Source of the DNA: Lingula anatina | Taxonomy: Eukaryota > Animalia > Brachiopoda | Assembly (NCBI GenBank): GCA_051362555.1 | Contig: CM120641.1 | Coordinates: 4,464,001-4,528,000, forward strand | Length of the DNA: 64,000 bases | Direction: 5' to 3' | In this document: positions 52,507 through 64,000 of the stretch, in pieces | Position numbering within the stretch: position 1 is the stretch's first letter | Layout of the letters: the number at the start of each line of letters is the position of its first letter | Translations under genes and position numbers: made by a program | The notes under the pieces: generated by a model | Told to the model about the DNA's origin: nothing | Seen by the model: only the letters and a program-made list of their open reading frames with translations | The model's database searches: none

Positions 52507-55500
52507 TTATCTCCCCGCCATGGCCTCCTCTATCTCCTTTTTCCTTGCATGCCGCCCCTGGAGTTTGCGCTTGATGTTTGCATTCACGTTGTGAAACTGT
52601 TCCATCTGACGCACAGCCGTCTGCAAATTCAATCAAATTTAATTTTAGATAAAGGACTAGAAACAACCAACGAGCAGCAGCTTAAGATGTTATAGGCATA
52701 TTTTTATACACATATTTCATGTAAATTAAACAATCAAACTATTGATGCAAAATGGGTTTTTTCAAACTTTTGATGACATTTGTTTCACCTCTTAACACAA
52801 CTTATTGTGAACCACTTAATTTGCAGTCCACAGAAAAAAAAGCAAAACAAACTAGCCAGTTTGGTTGTCTGCATCATAAAGTTGACCCGCAATGCACGAT
52901 ATTCAAAGAGTATTGTTTAAAACACACATCGTGTCTTTCCTTTAAAATATCAAACCAAACTCGTCAATTCTGATCTCTCTTCCTAACTGGACAACACAAT
53001 CTTCAACTTTATTTAACTTTTTTCAAATTTCCAATTTGCCTCCTGTCACCGACTCTTTTATCTTACCGTCTGCTATCAGAAATAGTCGGAAATATCAAAG
53101 AACTTTTTTTCATTATTTTGTCTCCAAACCAGACCTGCTCACCTCTATCTGCCACAACAGCTCCACGTCCCAGTTATGGATGACCAGACTGGTGACAAAG
53201 CCAGGGTGTTCACTGCCCACTCGCCCAACCCTCCCAACACGGTGGATATAGTCCGACATGAAGCGCGGGAAGTCAAAATTTACTATATGTTGAACCTGAA
53301 AATTATGGAAAATTCAAATCAATAAATATGGTAAACAGTTAATTATAAAGACACTAAGGTGTTTATACCAGAGGTGCATGTTTTGATCCTTCATCTATGA
53401 ACCTTGAGCACGAATTGGTAAATGATGATTTTTGGAGAATATACACACATATTTAATAGAAATATATTTCTAGGAATTCACCAATACTGCCCATCTGCAT
53501 TTGTACATATGTGTAAATTTAATATCAATTACTGTTTCAACAGTTCAAACTGTTGATCTGATACCTCTCATTGCAGGATGCTCTTTTAGCTCTAGATAGA
53601 CAACTATGATATGGATAGTGGAGAATGATAATGATAATGAGCAGTGGTCAACTCTTCCTAACAATGACAATCTCATAACCATAAACAATATCCTCAATTG
53701 TCTTTATATTAACTGATATCATGCGATAATAAAATTATTTTATGAAAATCCCTGGAATTTTTCAGGTGATGAATTATTTCAACATACCCACGTGGTATCC
53801 AGTCCCCTTGAGGCAATATCAGAGCAGATAAGGATGTTGAATTCTCTTCTACGAAATCTTTGAAATCTTCCTGCCCTTTCCTAAAATATAAAAATTGATC
53901 AGCATTAAAAACTCTACTTTAGACTTTGACTGTAAAACAGGAGTGTTTACTTTAATTTATTTTCTTTTTCACCTTTCTGTCCAATTGTTTATGCAACTCC
54001 ATGCACTCCACCCCATTCTCCTTGAGGAACCTGGACAGCCAGTAGCATGTCTTGACGCTATTACAGAACACCATTACAGGAACTTCTTTCCTCTGCAACT
54101 CTCTGGCTAGTTTCAGCATGTATTCTGAAAGAGTTATTGCTGAACAAAGTTAATAACAATTTTCTTCAGTTGTTTTTTCAAGGCACTTCATCTTACAAAT
54201 AAGATCAAATAAATGTTTAAAGATAAAGAAAAAACCCTGTGCATCATATAGCATACTTTCAGTGCAAAGTTTCTTTTACACTTAAAATTAATCAATGAAG
54301 AAATACAGTATAAAACTAACCTCCTTGCTTTTTGGGTGTAAGTCTGACAAACTTCTGTGGCACATGAGGCATCAATTTGTGCAAGTGCTTTGTAGTCACT
54401 TTGGTAAAACTTTCAATCTGTAATATAAAAGAAAAGATGCACCTCTTCTTTCTGTATGCAAGAGCTTCCAGTTATCAATCAAGGTCATTAAAATAAAAAC
54501 AACTTGCTAGTGAAGAAGCATTTGATTTCTTTGATAGCCGTTTACTATTTATATTTTACTATGTTATTCAACTGCTAATATAAAATGCTCTTTTCTTCAA
54601 GAACCCTTCCTATGACATAAAATGAACACTTCAACTAAGAGTTATAGTAACATACTCTAAATATTAGGAAAATAAGTATTTTCAGTAAATCATTGCAAAA
54701 ATAATGAAACATATTTTCCTTTATATTATTGTCAGAACAGCAAAGAAAATGTGTGATTGCCAACACAAGCCTTGTTGAGAGGCAAGACAAATCTCTAATG
54801 ACACGAGACCAACTGGAGAGTGACTGTCAGGAATAGTGCATGACAGGTGGTCACTTACTGGAGCTATGTCCTCTAACACTGTATCCAGTCCCCGGGGCAG
54901 TGTGGCTCCCACTATGGCCAACTGTGCAGCCCCCAGCATACCACTGGCACTCTGACCAACCTTAAGGAAGGGCAACAATAATAAAGATATATCAAACAGT
55001 TGAGCAAAAAATTTAGAGGGACAACCAAACTGAAGTGAACAAACAAATAATAGACAGACACAGGATGTAATGATAAAATTATTTCCTCTCTGGGTGTTCA
55101 CACGGAATTTTGTTGACCTAGCTAATGTTCAATAACTCTATTGGGAAAATTTTGAATAAAATCTTTCATTTTGTGAACTTCTGAAACAATTAAGATGCCA
55201 GTGTGTTTGTATCATACCTGTATATTTTTGAACAAGCGACTGACAAATGTAGCGAAACTATCATCCAGTAGAGTGTCACCTTCATCCAGAACCAAGTGCT
55301 CCGCTGCACTCAAATCAAAATGACCTATAAAATATATATGTATATTACATACATTTTATTTATAGTATATGTATAGTACATACAGTTTATTTATAGTATA
55401 TGTATAGTACATGTGAAGCAGCCTATCCAGTGATAACAATTATATTCTTTTATATGCATGATCATTTAATATCTTATATATGTACAACTAAAGTTTGACC

Positions 55501-58500
55501 TCTAGTTATAAAAATTTGATCATAATTTACCTTCTTTCATGGCTGAAATTAATGTTCCAGGAGTGCCTACCACCATATCTACTTTTTCCTTTTTTTCGAA
55601 AAACTGGAATAAAATTCACTGATTTATCATATCACACAAACAGCTCTTTATGGTAAAGAGTTTCATTTATATTGTTATTTTCTTTAAAAAATCTAAATCT
55701 TTAATGCCAGGTGAAAATTACTTGTTTAAATTTCTTTTTCATTGTTGTTATTTGCAGCAAAAAGTAATGTTATTACAATAAAGTAATATAATGATATGCC
55801 AGAAGTTTTTTACATTATACTCTCTGGTACTTTAAATAATATTAACACTACTTGAACTACATGACAGTTTGTTCTTTTCAGATTAGATTTTGTAACAACT
55901 CTGAAGTAGTGCAGTACCTTTGCTTTATGTCCACCACTCAAAGCAAGCACCGAGAGATGTAAATTATCCATTATTCTACGTGCAACATACTGAAATAAAC
56001 ATTGAAAAAATAACATTATAAACTTGTGATTACTTAACCTTTAGTCAATCTGATATCCTTTTCAAAACATTTTCATTTCCTAAATCATCAATTACTAAAT
56101 CCATTTGGAGAAAATCAGCTTTTAAAAAAACATGATAACTTCTCATGCTCTGTGATATGTCAATCTCTGAACAGGCAAGAAAAAAACTCTTGGTAGAATC
56201 TGTATCAATCTGACTATAATTTACAAACATTTTCTGCTATGTCCAGTTAAACTTAATGCACATCATACCCTAGAATGTTTGAAATAACTCACATAAACCT
56301 GATCCACCAGCTCTCTTGCTGGAACAACTATTACACTTCGTGGACAGTTTGGGCGTTGGTCGAGCCCATCAAATGGATTAATTTTCAGCATGTGAAGGAT
56401 GGGTAGCAGATACGCAAGAGTCTTCCCACTCCCTAGAAAAAAGGCGAGAGGAAAAAACATTATATATAAGAAAAATTGAGAAGAAGAATGGCAGCTACTG
56501 TATTTCTATGAGTCAATAATAACATCAGATTTTAAAGAAAGTTTATTTATATCATACACAATGTAACTATTGCACAATGAAATTACTTTATCAAAAATGC
56601 AAATCAAAGTTTCATACCTGTTTCTGCAGCACATATCACGTTGTTATTGTTTAGCATCTCTGGGATTGTTAGAGCCTTAAAAAAGTAGATTGCAAAATTG
56701 TACCTCCAATGTATTTCATGTACTAGGTTATCTAGAATCTCAATATTGTAATCAAAACTCAAACAAAACTGTATCAGAATTCTCAATCTGAATTAAATGC
56801 CATTAATATCCATTGGTGCACAATTTGGATTATTAAAAAAAATTCAAACATGTACTTTCATGTTGGTGTGAGGTTATCAACATATGTAATGCTAATAAAT
56901 AAATACCACAGTTTCTTAAACTATGTGTATCAGTACCTAAAAATCTTAAATTTCTTATCTGCAACTGTCCTTTACTGCCAAGTTTATGTAATTCAGCTTC
57001 ATACTTTGAAGAATAGGGTTTGAAATTGACTGAACAGGCCTGTAGCCAGGTGGGGGGGGTTCGGAAGGTTCGAAAGAACCACCCCTTTTGCTGGGAAAAG
57101 GTCCAGTCTGGGTAAAATTTGATCTAGGTACATGAAGTTTTTATGGGAAAAGGTCCACTTTTTCAGGAAAAGAACCCCCCTTCTGAAACTGCTGCTGAAG
57201 ACAGTAGAAGTTTCCCCATGCCAGTCTTACATATACCTGTACGTGGGTGGGCTTACATATACCTGTATGTGGGTGGGCTTACATATACCTGTATGTGGGT
57301 GGGCTTACATATAACTGCATGTGGATGGGCTTACATATACCTGTATGTGGGTGGGCTTACATATACCTGTATGTGGGTGGGCTTACATATACCTGTATGT
57401 GGATGGGCTTACATATACCTGTATGTGGGTGGGCTTACATATACCTGTATGTGGGTGGGCTCCTTTATGTTCATGCTATGCAAACTTTTCGTAATTGCTT
57501 CATGGAGACCAAAGTCTTCAAATTTTAAGCCACTTTGGAGTGCAGGGTTCTACAAAGTGAGATTATTTCAATAACACAATTTAATAAAAAAAAAGGTTAC
57601 ATTTGTAAAGTGGTACGTACACAGCAACATACATGACATTATCAATATCTTAATGCAGTTGGCTCTGCCATTCCACATTTTTTTCCACAATTAACAGTAA
57701 AGTTCAACTTTTTTCTAGTGCTCCTTCATGTGTCTACTTGTTCACATTTATCGATCAGCTGTATTAATATAAGTTATTCTGTATATATCTCTTTATAAAA
57801 GTACTAGTATCAAACTTACTGGTCTTTTTCCATTTATGACAAAATAGTCACCCACAGACTTGTGATGCTTCCATCCATGTGAAGCCAACAGTTCTGGTTT
57901 AAACTTTGAGAATGCCTCCCCAGTGTAGTGATTGTAGGCTTTTCTCTTGCACTTGATGATCAGTGGACCCTTAGGCCTAAGTCTTAGATAAACAAGGCAG
58001 CAAAGCTGTCAAATGTACAGACAAAAAACAGAAAATAAAGATGCAAAATAGGTCATTTTGTCAATTTTGATGCAATAATAAATAATGCTTATAATAGCAC
58101 TGTCAGTCAACACTGAATTTTAATCATGCACAACAGGTAACATGGTCAATAACAGGAGCGGACCCTGAGATATTTTCTGACAGTATTCCAAAGTATCTAT
58201 GTTGATCCATCTTCCATTTTGATGGTCTTCCAACAGAAAAAAAAGATACCAGTCAATATAAACTTAATAACCTGACTGTCTTCCGGAAGACCCAGAAGAT
58301 GGTCTCAATCCACCCTTTCAATATGATTACAGTTTCAGGACCATGAGAGACCAAAGTCACATGAGGAAAGTCTCAATATTTGAAAAATGATGACAGTGCA
58401 TAAAATAATATTACATAATATTTAAAGACATAAAAAACAATACAACTGCTTATGTGGAAATACAGAAAATGTGCAGAGCCTCAGGCGGATGAGAGTTAAA

Positions 58501-58831
58501 AGTCACAAATGCAAGTGTTTGAGAAAAATTATAAAGGAAAACATAACAAAACTAGAAAAGCACTCCAAGAGTGCAGACCTCTGCCAAGGCAGCAATTGTT
58601 GATTATTATTGATTATTGATTGATTATTGAGCCAGACCACCACTAAAAACTAATCATTGTCCTCTTTGGCCCACTTCTGACAGTTCCTGAAAATTTCAGC
58701 AAAATCCATCCATAACTTTTGAGTTATGTTGATGACAAACAAACAGGGGTGAAAATATAACCTCCTTGGCAGAGCCTGAGGTAAATATAATTCCAATGAA
58801 GCTGCTATTCAAACTTTTAATCTTCGAGTTT

Positions 58832-58879
<48 letters not shown>

Positions 58880-61840
58880 CCTGCATAATTATCACTGCTT
58901 CCTTATTATTAATCTAGCAGAGAGCTTAACCTTTGGCAGTTTACAGGGAAATATCAACAAGTGTGCTTTATGTAATCTCATTTAATAACCTATTAATTAG
59001 GCAAATGACTTTATAACTAGCTAAGTGATACCCAAGGGAAATTTATAGACTGACCCTCTCAAAGGTCTTTCAGGCCCATAAGTCACATCTTAAGAAAAGC
59101 ACAAAACTATAATGCACAAAATAGGAGACTACCAATTCTGATGCAATAATACATTATGTTTAACTGCACAGTCAACATCAAATTTTAATTATGCACAACA
59201 GGTAACACCAACAAAAGTAAAAGCATAAGGCTTCAGGCCCATCAGAGTTCAAGTTTATACTTAGAAAGTGCCAGAATAAGAACAAATGTACAGACAAAGA
59301 ACAGAAAATAAAGATGCAAATAAGTGAAAAATTAAATTTTCACAAAAAACTGTTAAATTGCCAGAAAAATTTACCAAACAGACTGCGTTGCCTATTGAAG
59401 CTGTTTTTTAGTCCCATGTTTCTTTCCTATAAGTTTGAGAACAGTAAGTGACATGATTTCCCTTAAATGGTCATCATAGGAGCAGTGCCCAAAATAGGGG
59501 TTTCTTCAAATTTTGATACAACATTAAATAATGTTTAACAGCATAATGACAATCAAATGTTATTAATAAAATATTAGTAACATGGACATTCAGAAAATGT
59601 GACAAGCAAAAGTTTTCAAGATCATGGAACTTTAAAGTCACACCTTGAAAATGCCAATATGTGAAAAATTAAATTTTCACAAAAAAACTGTTTAACTGCC
59701 AAAAAAAAAATACCAAACAGACTGCATTGCCTACTGAAGCTGTATTTTAGTCCCATGTTTCTTTCCTGTAAGTTTGAGAACAGTAAGTAACATGATTTTC
59801 CTTAAATGGTCATCATGGAAGCAGTGCCCAAAATAGGGGTTTCTTCAAATTTTGATGCAATATTACATAATGTTTAACAGCTTAATGACCATCAATTTTT
59901 AATTATAAAATATTTGTATCACAGATATTCAGAAAATGTGACTAGCAAAGGTCTTCAGGCCCATGGAACTTCAAAGTCACGCCTTGAAAATGCCAAAATG
60001 TAAACAAGACAGCACTGTTCTGAAATGGGTTTATTTCCATTTTTAACACTTTTTTAACATAAAACAAAATAAACATTTTACTGCCATTTTTATATGACCA
60101 ACTAAAAAAATTGATGAGATGGGAAAAGTATCAATAGAACAGTGTTAAATGTCCAATTTCCTCCATTCTGAGATTCTGAACATAGTGGATGATTGAATCT
60201 GACAAACTGCAATGATATGAGTTTATTTCCATTTTTGACACTTTATTACACAATACATGATAACAAGTTTACCATGTTTTTTACATAATCAACTAACAAT
60301 GTTGTAAAGATGCAGGAAATATCAAACAAACACTTTTAGGCATCTTATTAGTTAAATAATGAGACTGTTAACATGCTTAAGAATTGAATCTGAGGAAATG
60401 TGAAAAAAACAGTATAACTTCTAAAATAATGGCCCGATTATGTTGATTTTCGAACTCAACCTGCGTTTTAGTAAGATTGACCACTCCTGTGAGTATAATT
60501 ACAATTGGCCAATCCCTTTTTCTTATATTGTGTTATCAGTGTTGCATTTATATTGAAACTAGTGAAAAAACAGCATAAATTCCCTCAAAATAGCCCAATC
60601 ATGCTGATTTTCGAACTTGACCTGCGTATTATGAATATTCATCAGTTCTGTAAGTTTCAAGTCAAAAGGTAAAATGGTTTTCCACTTATCGTGTTATCGG
60701 TGCTGCATATATGCTGAAAAAAGTGAAAAAACAGCATAAATTCCCTAAAAGTGACCCGATCATGCTGATTTTCGAACTTGACCTGCGTATTATGAATATT
60801 CATCAGTTCTGTAAGTTTCAAGTCAAAAGGTAAAATGGTTTTCCACTTATCGTGTTATCGGTGCTGCATATATGCTGAAAAAAGTGAAAAAACAGCATAA
60901 ATTCCCTATAAGTGACCCGATCATGCTGATTTTCGAACTTGACCTGCGTATTATGAATATTAATCAGTTCTGTAAGTTTCAAGCCAAAAGAAAAAACAGT
61001 TTTGCACTTATCGTGTTATCGGTAAAAGTGCACGGCGACGACGGCAACGACGGCGACGGCGACGACAGACGCAGATGATGGCTATATGTACAGACACATC
61101 TGTGTCTGTACATAAAAAGAGGATATAGCTAGGCGATTGCAAGCCATGTGAGTATGGCAGTGGGAATCAATTCCATGTACATTTACAGATAATTGTTTTC
61201 ACTGATAATGATGAGATTTTTCTTCATCATTTAAGGTTCAAATTCAAATGTAATAGATACATACATGTATAATTCATAAATGCAGATACTCCATATATAC
61301 ATGGCCTCAAATAATATATCTAAAATAATAAATCATACAGTATGCACAGGAGTAAATAAGGATTTAAAACAATAGGATCATGTTAGTTTCATACTGAAAT
61401 ACCAGTATGAATATATGTATGGATTCTCTTCAACAACCTACATTGCTTACTTTTCGTTCATTTTTTCAATCCGCTCTACTTCCTTTCTAATCAGAGCTTT
61501 CTGGATCTTCTTCACCAAAGGCTGTGGGACAGTGATGGTGGGAGAAGGTTCTTCATTGGAGAAGTATGCCTGAAAATGAAGTGACATTAAATGTCCCTAA
61601 ACTGTAATGTGTAAGACACGCTAAGTACTGTAAGTGTAAAATGGAGCAACGTTTTTTGGAGTAAGGAGCCGTAGATTCTACTACAAGTAAGAGTGAACTA
61701 ATCTTTAACAAAAAGATAATGCAAAACAGCTACGTTAGAGTTAAGTAAATCAGGCTTACCATACACCGTCTGCACAACGAAAAATGAATAGGAGAGTGTA
61801 AACGAAGAACTGCTTCACGTCCCATGTTTGTAGCGAACAT
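52507..61840 (-). CDS. DDX28: Mitochondrial DEAD-box RNA helicase DDX28 (~542 aa, 15 exons)
   Basis: Exons 61840-61760, 61569-61451, 57982-57820, 57549-57445, 56675-56618, 56432-56293, 55989-55918, 55603-55531, 55324-55218, 54960-54859, 54417-54321, 54124-53973, 53880-53788, 53295-53143, 52620-52507; all phase-consistent. DDX28-type motifs: [13 protein letters not shown] motif [80 protein letters not shown]. Confidence 0.93.
57035..57199 (+). mobile_element. Half copy of a non-autonomous DNA transposon (Harbinger/PIF-like terminus) in DDX28 intron 4
   Basis: CAGGCCTGTAGCCAGG(T)GGGG...AAAAGGTCCA...; inverted homolog of 24192-24347. Confidence 0.6.
57226..57461. repeat. 26-bp minisatellite (~9 copies) spanning the DDX28 exon 4/intron 4 junction
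   Basis: Unit CTTACATATACCTGTATGTGGGTGGG; on the minus strand CCCACCCACATACAG|GTATATGTAAG. Confidence 0.95.
58550..58784 (-). mobile_element. Short nested HINE-type element
   Basis: AACTAGAAAAGCACTC..GAGTGCAG (palindrome), subTIR ACCTCTGCCAAGG, core with AAATTTCAGCAAAATCCATCCATAACTTTTGAGTTATG, (CAAA)n, and the inverted subTIR CCTTGGCAGAG..GGTAA. Confidence 0.65.
58833..58875. repeat. (TA)n microsatellite
   Basis: Direct reading. Confidence 0.9.
59324..60000. repeat. Tandem duplication, 2 x ~338 bp
   Basis: GTGAAAAATTAAATTTTCACAAAAAACTG...CCTTGAAAATGCCAA starts at 59324 and again at 59661. Confidence 0.9.
60400..61022. repeat. Satellite-like tandem array, ~4 x 161 bp
   Basis: Units start GTGAAAAAACAG at 60400, 60562, 60723 and 60884; core TTTTCGAACTTGACCTGCG...AAGTTTCAAG. 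Confidence 0.9.
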
Positions 61841-61954
61841 CGTGTTAGGTTGCAGTATCGACATCAATTACTTACCCTTTTGACATTTTGATTTCCGCTT
61901 CCGTTTATTAGATGGGATGTGATATGTGAGGATTATTTTTGAAATTTATTTGCC
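61841..61954. promoter_or_regulatory. Very compact bidirectional promoter DDX28/BABAM2 with tandem ETS-like sites
   Basis: Divergent ATGs at 61840 (-) and 61955 (+). TTCCGCTTCCG at 61893-61903 contains two CGGAA cores. Confidence 0.6.
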
Positions 61955-63863
61955 ATGGGTACTAATTTACCCAATATTTTTGCCCCAAAGATTGCAACAT
62001 TCGTAGAATCTCTCCTGACTGAAGGAAAAGTTGGAATATGTGCTGGGTCTGTGCGAGTAACAGACATAAAATCAGGGTAAGAAAATCTATCTGTCCAAGG
62101 GAGACTGAGATACATCACATCCTTTCAATTTTTCTCAATCATTATGATGTCTTTGTCACTGTGTCACTGACTGGCATTAAGTGATACATTTCAGACACCG
62201 TGAGCTCCAATATATGTAAATCATGTGCTTGACTAATTTTCTGAATAAAAGAAATCACTTATGTAAACCCTAGGTAATGAAAAACATTTTTGAATAATTT
62301 CTTTTTTAAAATTTCATCCTGACTGCTACGCCTTTTTCTTCAAGGGCTCCATCTCTGACCAACATACCATGTGGTGATAGATTTAAAGTGGTTATTCCCT
62401 ATGCTGGAAATTCTCTCACGTGTGAGTATGGAGCATCAAATATAATCACATATAGCATATCAGAAAAGGTAAATGGGAGTGCTAACACATGAAAGATATA
62501 GGTGCACACAACTGTATAATGATGGTCACCTAGTGGCTCTGCCCAGATATTTGCCCAATATTTTGCTTACCTGTGACCTCAAGTCTCACATTTCTGTAAA
62601 GGGAACCAGTTTTGGAGGAGAACGAGGTAAAAATTACATGGCTGTACATGTTACTTTATTTTAGGGGAGATTATATTCAACAGTTGTTCTCCAGATGATC
62701 CACCAGATTTCCTTTTTAGTGCAGAAGACAAGGACTTTTGGCCACAAATTGAAAATATAAGTGTAAGTTGATACACAGAGATGAAGTGTAGATTTTATGC
62801 TCTCCTTAAAAAAGTTTGTCTTTAGAAGTATATTATAGTATTTAAGGTTTAACTTAATTTTAGAAGTTTTGATAGTTGATAACTTCAGTAACCATATGTA
62901 TATTTCACATTTATATTGTATGTTATTGTTCAGTTTCCCACTATATATGTTACTGAGCATATTAAATGACTAATGGCTATTCACAAATATATGGTACAGA
63001 ACAAGCACCTTAATTTATTTTTAGTTTTTAACCTTGGTAAATGAATCTATTTCTAGAATTTATTTTCTAAAGACTGAATTTGTTATCTCTTCTCCAATTT
63101 CAGCATTTAGCCAATTGGGACAATACAAATCCCAGGTCTCTTTTTCTGGTCATACAAGAACTGTTGGAAGAATACAAAAAATATCACCAGTCTCTGAAGG
63201 ATGAGAATGCCAGACTGCAGTGGGAATATAATGCTTTGATGGAGCAGGATAACTTTAGTCCAGAGAATGTGGAAGTTTGGGTCAATAAAAAGGGCAATGT
63301 AAGTGTCGTGGATTAAATGTGTCAGCTGTGTTAATTATACATATGAAAATTATCATTTGTGTAATTTCAGTAGAAATACTGAATAGTTCTTTTGTTGATA
63401 GCTTTTGTTACCAACATGTCACAATGAGGATGCTGTTGTTATATTTATTTTTCCCTTTTGAAGTCTGACTGCAAGCAGACAAAATAATGGATGTTTAAGT
63501 AGTGGTTTATTCTCAGGCTGTCGACATTCAAGAACTGCTACATTTCTATTCAAGAAAGTTGATATGTTTCATTATCTTGCACCACATTAAAAAAAAATAC
63601 CACCAACTTAATATCACTTAATTTACTTTGATTCATGTATGAAGAGTATTAATGCAAATTTTATAACCCTACTAACAGCACGATACTTATACCAGGAAAG
63701 TAAATTATTTAAATGTGTTTTTATTTTTTTTCAGAAAAACTGTTGAATTATATAAAATGCATGTTTATGCTGTAATCCTTATATATTTCAGAGACTAGGC
63801 CCTATCAATTTTCTGATGAGGTTGGATGTAGATTTCTCCAAAATACCACCCTACCTTATAGGA
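61955..63863 (+). CDS. BABAM2: BRISC and BRCA1-A complex member 2 (BRE/BRCC45); first 5 exons, continues beyond the window
   Basis: Exons 61955-62076, 62345-62421, 62665-62762, 63104-63298, 63792-63863; phase-consistent. GKVGIC..VRVTDIKSG, DRFKVVIPYAGNSLTWEIIFN...PPDFLF, LANWDNTNP..L.LVIQEL, RLQWEY and FLMRLDVDFSKIPPYL match BRE. Confidence 0.95.
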
Positions 63864-64000
63864 GTATGTATATATTTATGTTATGAAGCATGATTGCTAA
63901 ATGCAAGCAAAATACACCTTACAAAGAATTGTTGATAAAATGATACCATCGTTCCTGTTGAAAACTTCATATATATATCTAAAAACTCGTTATATTTTAA

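Larger units (their letters stand above)
57990..61097 (-). mobile_element. Non-autonomous Helentron-type element (HINE / pearl / DINE-1-like) carrying internal tandem repeats
   Basis: One end is AACAAG + small palindrome GGCAGC-AAA-GCTGTC + subTIR ATGTACAGACA. The other end is a (GAC/GGC)n microsatellite + hairpin ATGTACAGACAC-atct-GTGTCTGTACAT + AAAAA. Internal ~338-bp and ~161-bp tandem repeats. This is the established modular layout of bivalve and insect HINEs; the exact left boundary is inferred. Confidence 0.7.

Noticed and set aside
57132-57574. Repetitive plus-strand ORFs and a CRISPR-like look of the 26-bp array
   Set aside because: Head-to-tail minisatellite with no unique spacers, in a eukaryotic intron, with no cas genes.
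60872-61078. 68-aa ORF ending [11 protein letters not shown]
   Set aside because: Read-through of the satellite unit and microsatellite of the HINE.
1-64000. snoRNA, tRNA or rRNA genes (looked for especially in NAF1 and DDX28 introns)
   Set aside because: No convincing box or cloverleaf patterns by eye; a covariance-model search (Infernal/Rfam, tRNAscan-SE) would be needed to exclude them.

Overview
AT-rich, intron-rich animal genomic DNA. It is probably from a lophotrochozoan or mollusc, inferred from the repeat families and from the presence of a Delilah-type bHLH gene. All gene models below were spliced by hand and checked for exon phase. From left to right: (1) the 5' end of an unidentified minus-strand gene with an array of alternative N-terminal exons (1-12 kb); (2) NAF1 (-), head-to-head with a divergent TIMM23-like gene (+); (3) a possible small orphan gene (~25-26 kb, -); (4) an intronless Delilah/taxi bHLH gene (-); (5) a ~2,500-aa type I membrane protein (-) made of a signal peptide, a C-type lectin domain, 7 CCP/sushi domains, a TM helix, 3 cytoplasmic CCHC zinc knuckles and a ~1,780-aa disordered tail with its own repeat motif; (6) a 15-exon DDX28 (-), head-to-head with BABAM2/BRE (+, runs off the window). 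Non-autonomous DNA transposons are present: a Kolobok-like MITE pair, a Harbinger-like half-element pair and nested Helentron-type HINEs. The most unusual signals are the lectin/sushi-zinc-knuckle receptor architecture, a 26-bp minisatellite that is a ~9-fold amplification of a DDX28 exon-intron junction (end of the Q motif plus the splice donor), and the alternative-first-exon array. No rRNA, tRNA or CRISPR features were seen.
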